The notes beneath the pieces are model-generated. The model saw only the letters and a program-made list of their open reading frames with translations, searched no databases and was not told where the DNA came from. The translations under genes were made by a program, and so were the position numbers. A DNA stretch of 63,968 nt, counting the filler, from Vicugna vicugna (lineage: Eukaryota), in NCBI GenBank assembly GCA_013265495.1. It is 78 parts of 75 records of this genome, joined end to end, with 100 filler letters (N's around TTAATTAATTAA, not from the genome) between each part and the next. Parts side by side here need not be neighbours in the genome. Positions count along the whole stretch, not along the records: positions 38,925 to 39,760 come from MU058240.1; positions 39,861 to 40,308 come from PNXW01003786.1; positions 40,409 to 40,754 come from MU058242.1; positions 40,855 to 41,801 come from MU058245.1; positions 41,902 to 42,298 come from MU058248.1; positions 42,399 to 43,597 come from MU058249.1; positions 43,698 to 44,417 come from PNXW01003821.1; positions 44,518 to 45,966 come from MU058251.1; 70 more parts are not named here. One strand, given 5' to 3'. This document shows positions 38,925 through 50,314 of the stretch, one piece after another; within the stretch, counting starts at the first letter, position 1; the number at the start of each line of letters is the position of its first letter.

Positions 38925-39760
38925 TAAAACCCACGCGCTGCCGACCGTTGGTGGAACCTCCCAACGCTCCAGAGTCCGGAACAATTGTCAGTGCGTGGGG
39001 GAGCTCGAGAGAAAACTCCACTAATCTCTCTTCAGTCACAGGTGTTCCCTCTTCGGGGAAGTCCGAGAAATACCTTCCCTGACCTAGGGGAGGAAGCCTC
39101 TGTCACTGGGATTTCCTGCAAACCCCCCCTAGCATTCCCTGGCACAGAGACATTAGGAAAACCCTCAGGGGAAACGAGCTCAGGCATCCCGTTAGAACCC
39201 ACGCGNNNNNNNNNNNNNNNNNNNNNNNNNNNNNNNNNNNNNNNNNNNNNNNNNNNNNNNNNNNNNNNNNNNNNNNNNNNNNNNNNNNNNNNNNNNNNNN
39301 NNNNNNNNNTCCGAGTAATCATTCCCTGAACTTGGGGAGGCAACCTCTGTCACTGGGTTTCCTGCAAACATCCCCTAGCATTCCCTGGCACAGAGATATT
39401 ACGGAAACCCTCAGGGGAGACGAGCTCATGCATCCCGTTAGAACCCACACGCTGCCGACCGTTGGTGGAGCCTCCCCACGCTCAGGATTCCGGAATCATT
39501 GTCAGTGCGTGGGGGAGCTCGAGAGACAACTCCACGCAGCTCTCTTCAGTCACAGGTGTTCCCTGTTCGGGGAAGTCCGAGTAATACATTCCCTGAACTT
39601 GGGGAGGCAACCTCTGTCACTGGGTTTCCTGCAAACATCCCCTAGCATTCCCTGGCACAGAGATATTAGAAAAACCCTCAGCGGAGACGAGCTAAGGCAT
39701 CCCGTTAGAACCCAAACGCTGCCGACCGTTGGTGGAGCCTCCCCACGCTCAGGATTCCGG
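38925..39760 (+). repeat. Satellite family A (internal gap)
   Basis: TTGGGGAGGCAACCTCTGTCACTGGG at 39332 and 39599 (267 bp apart). Confidence 0.96.
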
Positions 39761-39860
39761 NNNNNNNNNNNNNNNNNNNNNNNNNNNNNNNNNNNNNNNN
39801 NNNNTTAATTAATTAANNNNNNNNNNNNNNNNNNNNNNNNNNNNNNNNNNNNNNNNNNNN

Positions 39861-40286
39861 AGAAGATTGTAAGTTTCATTAGGTCTCATTTGTTTATTGC
39901 ATTTATTTCTTCTATGAGAAAATTTTTGAGACGTATGTCAGATAATGTTTTACCTATATTTTCCTCTTGTAAGTTTATTGTATCTTTTCTTATGTTTAAG
40001 TTTTGATCCTTTCTGAGTTTATTTTTGTGTATGGTGTTCTAGCTTCATTGGGAGTGTTCTAGGTTCATTGAATTACATGCTGCTGTCCAGTTATCCCAAC
40101 ACCAGTTGCTGAATGGACTATCTCTATTCTATTGTAATTTCTTGCCTCCTTTGTCTAAGATTAATTGACCAAACGTTTGTGGGTTCATTTCTGGGCTCTC
40201 TATTCTGTGCCATTGGCCTATATGTATGTTTATCTACCAATACAGTGCTGTCATGTTGAAACATAGCTGTATAGTATTATCTGAAT
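39861..40286 (-). mobile_element. L1 LINE ORF2 fragment (decayed)
   Basis: TTAGGTCTCATTTGTTTATT..GAGTTTATTTTTGTGTATGGTGT..GTCCAGTTATCCCAACACCA..TTCTTGCCTCCTTTGTCTAAGATTAATTGACCA..TTTCTGGGCTCTCTATTCTG is classic antisense L1 ORF2. Confidence 0.9.
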
Positions 40287-40408
40287 CATTAGTGTAATGA
40301 AATGCCACNNNNNNNNNNNNNNNNNNNNNNNNNNNNNNNNNNNNNNNNNNNNTTAATTAATTAANNNNNNNNNNNNNNNNNNNNNNNNNNNNNNNNNNNN
40401 NNNNNNNN

Positions 40409-40754
40409 AGTATGTTTCCTAGTGCCGGTTTGATGTGTCTGCCGTTTTCACTGAAAAAACTAGGTGGAGCTTGTACCTCCCATACATATGTATGGAGTGG
40501 AGTTTGTAAATGAAAAGAAACTTTGTGTTCCCTTCAAGCTAATTGAGGGGCGGCTTTCACACTCACTTATCTCTCAGATCTGAGCATGTGTTGAGACGTT
40601 CGTTCATCCAGCACAAAGGCAACGGTTTGCAGGAGAAACCCTTACTCTGGTGTCTCAGTCTGTTTCCTAGTGCCGGTTTGAATTCCCTGCCGTTTTCAAT
40701 TTAAAACCGAGTTGGAGCTTGTACCTCCCCCTATATATGTATGGATTGGAGTTT
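40409..40754 (-). repeat. Satellite family C
   Basis: TGTTTCCTAGTGCCGGTTTGA occurs twice, ~249 bp apart. Confidence 0.94.
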
Positions 40755-40854
40755 NNNNNNNNNNNNNNNNNNNNNNNNNNNNNNNNNNNNNNNNNNNNTT
40801 AATTAATTAANNNNNNNNNNNNNNNNNNNNNNNNNNNNNNNNNNNNNNNNNNNN

Positions 40855-41801
40855 ATGGCATTCGGTATTACGAACATGATTCATGCATCACGGATTCCTG
40901 AAACTTGAAATTCTGAGTTGTGCACATGTGCCTGACTGAAGTTTCAAACACCCAACAAGTTACCTATGCACTTTGATATATTTATTTTGACTTCGTAGTT
41001 TCTGCGTATAACCAGTTTCAAGAATCACACTTTGATCCCCAAAAAACACTCTTGGAGCAAATTTTACCCTAGAGATATGTAATTTGAATAGATTCCATCT
41101 ACATGATATTCCGTTTTCGTTAAATGCTACATAAATGACTGATTTGAGAAACATGCATTCCTGAGTTGAGAGCATGTGGAGTACTAATCTTTCATCCTCT
41201 ATAAAAGGAATATTTTCATCTAGACACGTGTACACGTTTTCACAAGCTTTCCATAACTCCAAGTTCGAATTCATGCATTTTTCACATAAAAATTGTTCTC
41301 GAGCGATTTCCACCTAACAGATGTGTAATTTACATGAATTCCAAAAACATGCAATTCCGGGTTCCGTACATGCTACATGTATGACGGATTCGGCAATCAT
41401 ACGTTTCTGGATTGTGAGCATGTGGATTACTTACCTTTCATCCACCAAAAAAGGTGTATATAGACTTAGAAATATTTTCTCGTACTTCATAGATTTTTCT
41501 ATCACCAGGTTCTAAAATCGGACATTTGGCACCAGAAAACACTCTTTGAGCGAATTCTCACAAATACACATGTAATTTACATTGTTTACATAACCATGGN
41601 NNNNNNNNNNNNNNNNNNNNNNNNNNNNNNNNNNNNNNNNNNNNNNNNNNNNNNNNNNNNNNNNNNNNNNNNNNNNNNNNAATTTCTGAGTTGTGAACAT
41701 GCGTCTGACTGAAGTTTCAAACACCAAACAAGTTACAAATGTACTTTGATATATTAATTTTGACTTCATAAATTCTGCCTATCACCAGTTTCAAGAATCA
41801 C
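40855..41801 (+). repeat. Satellite family B, reference full trimer (40855-41595)
   Basis: Related monomer heads at 40855, 41103, 41349 and 41596; period 741 bp. Confidence 0.96.
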
Positions 41802-41901
41802 NNNNNNNNNNNNNNNNNNNNNNNNNNNNNNNNNNNNNNNNNNNNTTAATTAATTAANNNNNNNNNNNNNNNNNNNNNNNNNNNNNNNNNNNNNNNNNNN
41901 N

Positions 41902-42298
41902 GTGTTCCCTGTTCGCGGAAGTCCGAGAAATGCCTTCCCTGAACTTGGGGAGGCAGGATCGGTCACTGGGATATCCTGCAATCACCCCTAGCATTCCCTG
42001 GCACAGAGATATTAGGAAAACACGCAGGGGAGACGAGCTTATGCATTCTGTTAGAACCCACGTGCTGCCGACCGCTGGTGGAACCTCCCCACGCTCAGGA
42101 TTTCGGAACCATTGTCAGTGCGTGTGGGAGNNNNNNNNNNNNNNNNNNNNNNNNNNNNNNNNNNNNNNNNNGGATATCCTGACCCCTAGCATTCCCTGGC
42201 ACAGAGACATTAGGAAAAACCTCAGGGGAGACGAGCTTAGGCATTCCGTAAGAACCCACACGCTAACGACAGTTGGTGGAACATCCCCACTCCACTCT
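41902..42298 (+). repeat. Satellite family A (internal gap)
   Basis: 267-bp monomer motifs. Confidence 0.94.
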
Positions 42299-42834
42299 NN
42301 NNNNNNNNNNNNNNNNNNNNNNNNNNNNNNNNNNNNNNNNNNTTAATTAATTAANNNNNNNNNNNNNNNNNNNNNNNNNNNNNNNNNNNNNNNNNNNNAA
42401 ATATTATGAAAGAGAGTGACAAGGCACATGGGTTTCCCATAAAAGAATAGTTGATGCAATAAACTCTCACTATGGTGAACATTTTTAATAAAAGCCAGTT
42501 GAAAATTTTATCACTGGGACAAATGGCACAAATCCGTCTGAAGAAAAAAGATTCAAATATTATAGAAGAAGCGGTTTGAATCAAGTAGAAATTATGATTT
42601 CTGAACTAATTGTTGTAAGAACTTATACTCAGTCTTATCATAATTGCCTGTGGTAGGAAGTGGATCATTATTTATTTATTAAAAAAAATCCACTAGGTGC
42701 TAATTGCCCCATTCTTGATGCGGCAGTGCTGTGGTTAGTTAAGTTGGGACAATTAGGAAATTTAGCTAGGTTTTCCAGACATTGATTTCAGCCACTTTAT
42801 CTTTACAATAATCTCATCTTTGTGTCGGCCTATG

Positions 42835-43597
42835 CTCCATAAATATATATGGGGAGGTACAAGCTCAAACTCGGGTTTACAGTGAAAACGGAAGGCACTT
42901 CAAACCGGCACTAGGAAACAGACTGAGAAACCAGAGTAAGTGTTTCNNNNNNNNNNNNNNNNNNNNNNNNNNNNNNNNNNNNNNNNNNNNNNNNNNNNNN
43001 NNNNNNNNNNNNNNNNNNNNNNNNNNNNNNNNNNNNNNNNNNNNNNNNNNNNNNNNNNNNNNNNNNNNNNNNNNNNNNNNNNNNNNNNNNNNNNNNNNNN
43101 NNNNNNNNNNNNNNNNNNNNNNNNNNNNNNNNNNNNNNNNNNNNNNNNNNNNNNNNNNNNNNNNNNNNNNNNNNNNNNNNNNNNNNNNNNNNNNNNNNNN
43201 NNNNNNNNNNNNNNNNNNNNNNNNNNNNNNNNNNNNNNNNNNNNNNNNNNNNNNNNNNNNNNNNNNNNNNNNNNNNNNNNNNNNNNNNNNNNNNNNNNNN
43301 NNNNNNNNNNNNNNNNNNNNNNNNNNNNNNNNNNNNNNNNNNNNNNNNNNNNNNNNNNNNNNNNNNNNNNNNNNNNNNNNNNNNNNNNNNNNNNNNNNNN
43401 NNNNNNNNNNNNNNNNNNNNNNNNNNNNNNNNNNNNNNNNNNNNNNNNNNNNNNNNNNNNNNNNNNNNNNNNGTGCTGGATGAACGAACGTCTCTCCACA
43501 TGCTCAGTTCTGAGAGATAATTGTGTGTAAATGCCGACCTTCACCTAGCTTAAAGGGAACACAAAGTTAGTTTTCAGCTGCCAACCCAACTTCATAA
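42835..43597 (+). repeat. Satellite family C beginning at a junction with unique sequence (internal gap)
   Basis: CTCCATAAATATATATGGGGAGGTACAAGCTC..CAAACCGGCACTAGGAAACAGACTGAG. Confidence 0.93.
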
Positions 43598-43697
43598 NNN
43601 NNNNNNNNNNNNNNNNNNNNNNNNNNNNNNNNNNNNNNNNNTTAATTAATTAANNNNNNNNNNNNNNNNNNNNNNNNNNNNNNNNNNNNNNNNNNNN

Positions 43698-44417
43698 TCA
43701 TCCAGCACAAAGGGATCGGGTTGGAGGCCAAACACTTACTCTTGTTTCTCAGTCTGTTTCTTAGTGCCTGTTTGAAGTTCCTGCGGTTTGCACTGTAAAA
43801 CCGAGTTGCAGCTTGTACCTCCCCATATATATGTATGGAGTGGACTTTGCAAGTGACAAGAAACTTTGTGTTCCCTTCAAGCTAGGTGAAGGAACAAGCT
43901 AGGTGAAGGACGGCTTTCACACACAATTATCTCTCAGAACTGAGCATCTGGAGAGACGTTCGTTCATCCAGCACAAAGGGATCCGGTTGGAGGAGAAACA
44001 CTTACTCTGGTTTCTCAGTCTGTTTCCTATTGTCGGTTTGAAGTTCCTGCGATTTGCACTGTAAAACCGAGTTGGAATTTGTACCTCCCCTTATATATGT
44101 ATGGAGTGGACTTTACAAGTGACAAGAAACCTTGTGTTCCATTCAAGCTAGGTGAAGGACGGCTTTCACACACACTAATCTCTCAGAAATGAGCATGTGG
44201 AGAGACGTTCGTTCATCCAGCACAAAGGGATCCGGTTGGAGGAGAAACACTTACTCTGGTTTCTCAGTCTGTTTCCTATTGTCGGTTTGAAGTTCCTGCG
44301 ATTTGCACTGTAAAACCGAGTTGCAACTTGTACCTCCCCATATATATGTATGGAGTGGACTTTACAAGTGACAAGAAACCTTGTGTTCCATTCAAGCTAG
44401 GTGAAGGACGGCTTTCA
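43698..44417 (-). repeat. Satellite family C, ~3 monomers
   Basis: TCATCCAGCACAAAGGG at 43698, 43964 and 44213 (249-bp period; first monomer carries a 17-bp duplication). Confidence 0.96.
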
Positions 44418-44517
44418 NNNNNNNNNNNNNNNNNNNNNNNNNNNNNNNNNNNNNNNNNNNNTTAATTAATTAANNNNNNNNNNNNNNNNNNNNNNNNNNN
44501 NNNNNNNNNNNNNNNNN

Positions 44518-45966
44518 TGGTGATAGGAAAAAACTATGAAGTCAGAGGAAATATTTCTAAGCATATATATACGCCTCGTTAAGAGTGTGAAAGGTCTGTA
44601 ATCCACATGCTCACAAGTCAGAAACGCATGATTGCCAAATCCGTCATACATGTAGCATGTACGGAACCCGGAATGCCATGTTGTTGGAATACATGTAAAT
44701 TACATANNNNNNNNNNNNNNNNNNNNNNNNNNNNNNNNNNNNNNNNNNNNNNNNNNNNNNNNNNNNNNNNNNNNNNNNNNNNNNNNNNNNNNNNNNNNNN
44801 NNNNNNNNNNNNNNNNNNNNNNNNNNNNNNNNNNNNNNNNNNNNNNNNNNNNNNNNNNNNNNNNNNNNNNNNNNNNNNNNNNNNNNNNNNNNNNNNNNNN
44901 NNNNNNNNNNNNNNNNNNNNNNNNNNNNNNNNNNNNNNNNNNNNNNNNNNNNNNNNNNNNNNNNNNNNNNNNNNNNNNNNNNNNNNNNNNNNNNNNNNNN
45001 NNNNNNNNNNNNNNNNNNNNNNNNNNNNNNNNNNNNNNNNNNNNNNNNNNNNNNNNNNNNNNNNNNNNNNNNNNNNNNNNNNNNNNNNNNNNNNNNNNNN
45101 NNNNNNNNNNNNNNNNNNNNNNNNNNNNNNNNNNNNNNNNNNNNNNNNNNNNNNNNNNNNNNNNNNNNNNNNNNNNNNNNNNNNNNNNNNNNNNNNNNNN
45201 NNNNNNNNNNNNNNNNNNNNNNNNNNNNNNNNNNNNNNNNNNNNNNNNNNNNNNNNNNNNNNNNNNNNNNNNNNNNNNNNNNNNNNNNNNNNNNNNNNNN
45301 NNNNNNNNNNNNNNNNNNNNNNNNNNNNNNNNNNNNNNNNNNNNNNNNNNNNNNNNNNNNNNNNNNNNNNNNNNNNNNNNNNNNNNNNNNNNNNNNNNNN
45401 NNNNNNNNNNNNNNNNNNNNNNNNNNNNNNNNNNNNNNNNNNNNNNNNNNNNNNNNNNNNNNNNNNNNNNNNNNNNNNNNNNNNNNNNNNNNNNNNNNNN
45501 NNNNNNNNNNNNNNNNNNNNNNNNNNNNNNNNNNNNNNNNNNNNNNNNNNNNNNNNNNNNNNNNNNNNNNNNNNNNNNNNNNNNNNNNNNNNNNNNNNNN
45601 NNNNNNNNNNNNNNNNNNNNNNNNNNNNNNNNNNNNNNNNNNNNNNNNNNNNNNNNNNNNNNNNNNNNNNNNNNNNNNNNNATGGAATCTATTCAAATTA
45701 CATATCTCTAGGGAAGAATTCGCTCTAAGAGGGTTTTTGTGGGATCAAACTGTGATTCTTGAAACTGGTGATAGGAAGAAGCTACAAAGTCAAAGTAAAT
45801 ATTTCAGGGTGCATAGGTAACTTATTTGGTGGTTGAAACATATGTCATGCGCATGTTCACAACTCAGAAATGCATGTTTGAGGAATCCTTGATGCATGAA
45901 ACATGCTCGTAATTCAGAATGCCATGGTTATGTAAACGATGAAAATTACATGTGTATTGGTGAGAA
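44518..45966 (-). repeat. Satellite family B (large internal gap)
   Basis: Reverse-complement B motifs on both sides of the gap. Confidence 0.93.
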
Positions 45967-46066
45967 NNNNNNNNNNNNNNNNNNNNNNNNNNNNNNNNNN
46001 NNNNNNNNNNTTAATTAATTAANNNNNNNNNNNNNNNNNNNNNNNNNNNNNNNNNNNNNNNNNNNN

Positions 46067-46527
46067 AGGTGTTCCCTGTTCGGGGAAGCCCGAGAAATAA
46101 CTTCACTGACCATGGGGAGTCCGCCTCTGACCCTGGGATACCCTGCAATCACCCCTAGCATTCCCTGGCACAGAGAAATTAGGAAAATACTCAGGGGAGA
46201 CGAGCTTAGGCATTCCGTTAGAACCCACGCGCTGCCGACCGTTGGTGGAACCTCCCCACGCTCAGGATTCCGGAACCATTGTTAGTGCGAGGGAGANNNN
46301 NNNNNNNNNNNNNNNNNNNNNNNNNNNNNNNNNNNNNNNNNNNNNNNNNNNNNNNNNNNNNNNNNNNNNNNNNNNNNNNNNNNNNNNNNNNNNNNNNNNN
46401 NNNNNNNNNNNNNNNGCATACCCTGGAGACATTAGGAAAACCCTCAGGGGAGACGAAATTAGGCATTCAGTTAGAAGCCACACGCTCCCGACTGTTGGTG
46501 GAACCTCCCCACGCTCAGGATTCCGGA
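46067..46527 (+). repeat. Satellite family A (internal gap)
   Basis: 267-bp monomer motifs. Confidence 0.94.
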
Positions 46528-46627
46528 NNNNNNNNNNNNNNNNNNNNNNNNNNNNNNNNNNNNNNNNNNNNTTAATTAATTAANNNNNNNNNNNNNNNNN
46601 NNNNNNNNNNNNNNNNNNNNNNNNNNN

Positions 46628-47113
46628 GTGCCTCTCTATGGGATTGGAGGTTTTTAAAACTACATCCCTAACATTTAAACACCTCCCCCCCATATAAATG
46701 CGTGGTCTCTCTTTCCCCAACACCAGCACACCCAAGAAAAATTGTTCTGGTATACTGGGTGTGGGTAGGCACCTCCAAATGACAGCAGCAACTGGGAACT
46801 TATAATATCATTTGGCTTGCTTTCCCTGAGTGTTTCCATTGGCCAGGCTGTGAGCGAGGTTGGGTGTTGGGCACTAAAGACTAGTAATAGCGAGTGCCTC
46901 TCTATGGGCAGTGGAGGTGTTTAAAATACATCCCCAAACTTGGAACAACTGTGCCCCCCAGAAATGCGTCGACTCTGTTTCCCCAACTCCAGCACACACA
47001 CGAAGACGGGTTGAGGTTTCCTGAGTGTGGGGAGGCACCTACAACTGACAGCAGGGCCTGGGTTCTAATACAATCCATTAACTTGTCTTCACTGATGGCT
47101 AGCCTAGGCGGGA
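46628..47113 (-). repeat. Satellite family D
   Basis: GTGCCTCTCTATGGG at 46628 and 46894 (266 bp apart). Confidence 0.9.
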
Positions 47114-47213
47114 NNNNNNNNNNNNNNNNNNNNNNNNNNNNNNNNNNNNNNNNNNNNTTAATTAATTAANNNNNNNNNNNNNNNNNNNNNNNNNNNNNNN
47201 NNNNNNNNNNNNN

Positions 47214-47645
47214 AATCCAGCACCGAAGATGTGTTCTGGTATTCTGAGTGTGGGGAAGTTCCTCAAACTGACAGCAGCACCTGAATTCATTGAGTATCCC
47301 TTAGCTTCTGTTCCCTGAATATTCTTTCGGCCAGGCCATGAGGGAAAGCTGGGGGTTGTTCTTGGCGGCCACATAGCAGTGAGTGCCGACCTGATCCATT
47401 GAGGAAGTTCTTAGGGGACTTCTCCCTAAAAGGAACACCTTTTCCTCCATTCATCTGGGTGGAGTGGGGCTGCACAACTCTTCCACACCTAAGAAGGTGT
47501 TCTGGAATTCTGAGTGCAGGGAAGATCCTCCAACTGACAGCAGCACCTGGGTTCAAATTGAATCCCTTTGCTTGTCTTCCCTGATGGAAAGTCTAGGAGC
47601 GAGTGCGGGGGACAGTGTGGTTTGGGCTCCAAAACCAAGTATTTG
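47214..47645 (-). repeat. Satellite family D
   Basis: AACTGACAGCAGCACCTG occurs twice; closely matches 56000-56430. Confidence 0.9.
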
Positions 47646-47745
47646 NNNNNNNNNNNNNNNNNNNNNNNNNNNNNNNNNNNNNNNNNNNNTTAATTAATTA
47701 ANNNNNNNNNNNNNNNNNNNNNNNNNNNNNNNNNNNNNNNNNNNN

Positions 47746-48219
47746 ATAAAAGGAAACACCTGAGCACCCATTCATCTGCGTGGAGTGGGGTTTCCAAACT
47801 CCACACCACACAAGGATGGGTTCCAGTATCCTGAGGGTGGGGTAGTTCCTCCAAAGACATCAGCGTCTTGATTTTAATAGAATCCCTTTGCTTGTCTTTC
47901 CCTGATGTTTTGCCTAGGCCAGTGTGTGGTTGAAAGTGGGATTTGGGATCTAAAACTAAGTATTAGCGTGTGCCTCTCCATGGGTAGTGGAGATGTTTAA
48001 ACTACAACCCACAACTTGGGAATTACTGTGACACTGAAAAATGCGTGTGCTACGTTTCCCCACGTCCAGCACACACAGGAAGAAGTGTTCTGGGGTTCTG
48101 AGTGTGGGGAGGTTCCTCCAACAGACAGCAGCACCTGGGTTTTTATAGAATCACTTAGATTGACTTCCCTAAGGGTTTTTCTAGGCCTAGCAGTAAGCGA
48201 TGGTGGGGGATGGGCTCTA
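47746..48219 (-). repeat. Satellite family D
   Basis: 47890-48210 closely matches 55305-55622. Confidence 0.9.
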
Positions 48220-48319
48220 NNNNNNNNNNNNNNNNNNNNNNNNNNNNNNNNNNNNNNNNNNNNTTAATTAATTAANNNNNNNNNNNNNNNNNNNNNNNNN
48301 NNNNNNNNNNNNNNNNNNN

Positions 48320-49000
48320 ATGCCATGTTGTTGGAAATCATGTAAATTACATAACTGTTAGTTTTAAATCGCTCTAGAACAATTTTTCTGTGAAAAAAAC
48401 ACGAATTCGAAACTGGTTTTAGGGAAAGCTTGTGAAAATGTGTACACGAGTTTAGATGATAATATTCCTTTTATAGAGGATGAAAGATTAGTAATCCACA
48501 TGCCCTCNNNNNNNNNNNNNNNNNNNNNNNNNNNNNNNNNNNNNNNNNNNNNNNNNNNNNNNNNNNNNNNNNNNNNNNNNNNNNNNNNNCTCCAAGTGTT
48601 GTGGGATCAAAGTCTGATTCTTGTATCTGGTGATAGGAAGAAGCTACCAAGTCAAAGTAAATATTTCAGAGTGCATAGGTAAATTGTTTGGTAGTTGAAA
48701 CATCAGTCAAGTCATGNNNNNNNNNNNNNNNNNNNNNNNNNNNNNNNNNNNNNNNNNNNNNNNNNNNNNNNNNNNNNNNNNNNNNNNNNNNNNNNNNNNN
48801 NNNNNNNNNNNNNNNNNNNNNNNNNNNNNNNNNNNNNNNNNNNNNNNNNNNNNNNNNNNNNNNNNNNNNNNNNNTAAGCCTATACTTGATTGGTGGATGA
48901 AAGGTCAGTAATCCACATGGTCACAATCCAGAAACGTATGATTGCCGAATCCGTCATACATGTAACATGTACGGAACCCGGAATGCCCTGTTGTGTTGTT
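48320..49000 (-). repeat. Satellite family B (internal gaps)
   Basis: Reverse-complement B motifs. Confidence 0.92.
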
Positions 49001-49100
49001 NNNNNNNNNNNNNNNNNNNNNNNNNNNNNNNNNNNNNNNNNNNNTTAATTAATTAANNNNNNNNNNNNNNNNNNNNNNNNNNNNNNNNNNNNNNNNNNNN

Positions 49101-49327
49101 CATGTATGTAGCATGTACGGAACACGGAATATCATGTAGATGGAATCTACTCAAATTACATATCTCTAGGGTAGAATTCGCTCCAAGAGGGTTTTTTGGG
49201 GATCAAAGTGTGATTCTTGAAACTGGTGATAGGCAAAAACAACGAAGTCAAAATAAATATATCCAAGTGCATAGGTAAATGTTTGGGTGTTTGAAACTTC
49301 AGTCAGGCGCATGTTCACAACTCAGAA
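49101..49327 (-). repeat. Satellite family B
   Basis: GTAGCATGTACGGAACACGGAATATCATG. Confidence 0.92.
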
Positions 49328-49427
49328 NNNNNNNNNNNNNNNNNNNNNNNNNNNNNNNNNNNNNNNNNNNNTTAATTAATTAANNNNNNNNNNNNNNNNN
49401 NNNNNNNNNNNNNNNNNNNNNNNNNNN

Positions 49428-50214
49428 ATTTACATGAATTCCAACAACATGGCATTCCAGGTTCCGTTCATGTTACATGCATGATGGATTCAGCAATCAT
49501 GTGATTCTGACTTGTGAGCATGTGTATTACTGACCTTTCTACAACAAAAGAAGTTGTATATAGACTTAGAAACTTCTACTCTGACTTCATAATTTTTTTC
49601 TAACACCAGGCTCTAAAATCGGATATTTTGCACCAGAAATCACTCTTTGAGCAAATTCTCACCTATACACATGTAATTTTCATTGTTTACATAACCATGG
49701 CATTCCGTATTCCGAACATGTTTCATGCATTACGGATTCCTCAAACATGCATTTTTGATTGTGAACAGGCGCATGACTGATGTTTCAACCACCAAACAAA
49801 TTATCTATGCACTTTGAAATATTTATTTTGTCTTCGTAGCTTCTGCCTATCACCAGTTTCAAAATGACACTTTGATCCCAGAAAAACCCTCTTGAAAAAA
49901 CCCTCTTGGAGCGAATTCTACCCTACAGATATGTAATTTGAATACATACCATCTAAATGATATTCCGTGTTCCGTACATGTTACATACATTACGGATTCG
50001 ACAAACATGCATTCCTGAGTTGAGAGCATGTGGATTACTAATCTTTCATCCTCTATAAAGGAATATTTCCATCTAGACACGTGTACACATTTTCACAAGC
50101 TTTCCTTTACACCAGATACGAATTCGCGGTTTTTTCACAGAAAAATTTTTCTGGAGCTATTTCCACCTCACAAATATGTAATTTACATGAATCCCTACAA
50201 CATGGCATTCCGGG
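49428..50214 (+). repeat. Satellite family B, one full trimer
   Basis: ATTTACATGAAT..CAACATGGCATTCC at 49428 and 50181 (753 bp including a 14-bp duplication). Confidence 0.95.
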
Positions 50215-50314
50215 NNNNNNNNNNNNNNNNNNNNNNNNNNNNNNNNNNNNNNNNNNNNTTAATTAATTAANNNNNNNNNNNNNNNNNNNNNNNNNNNNNN
50301 NNNNNNNNNNNNNN

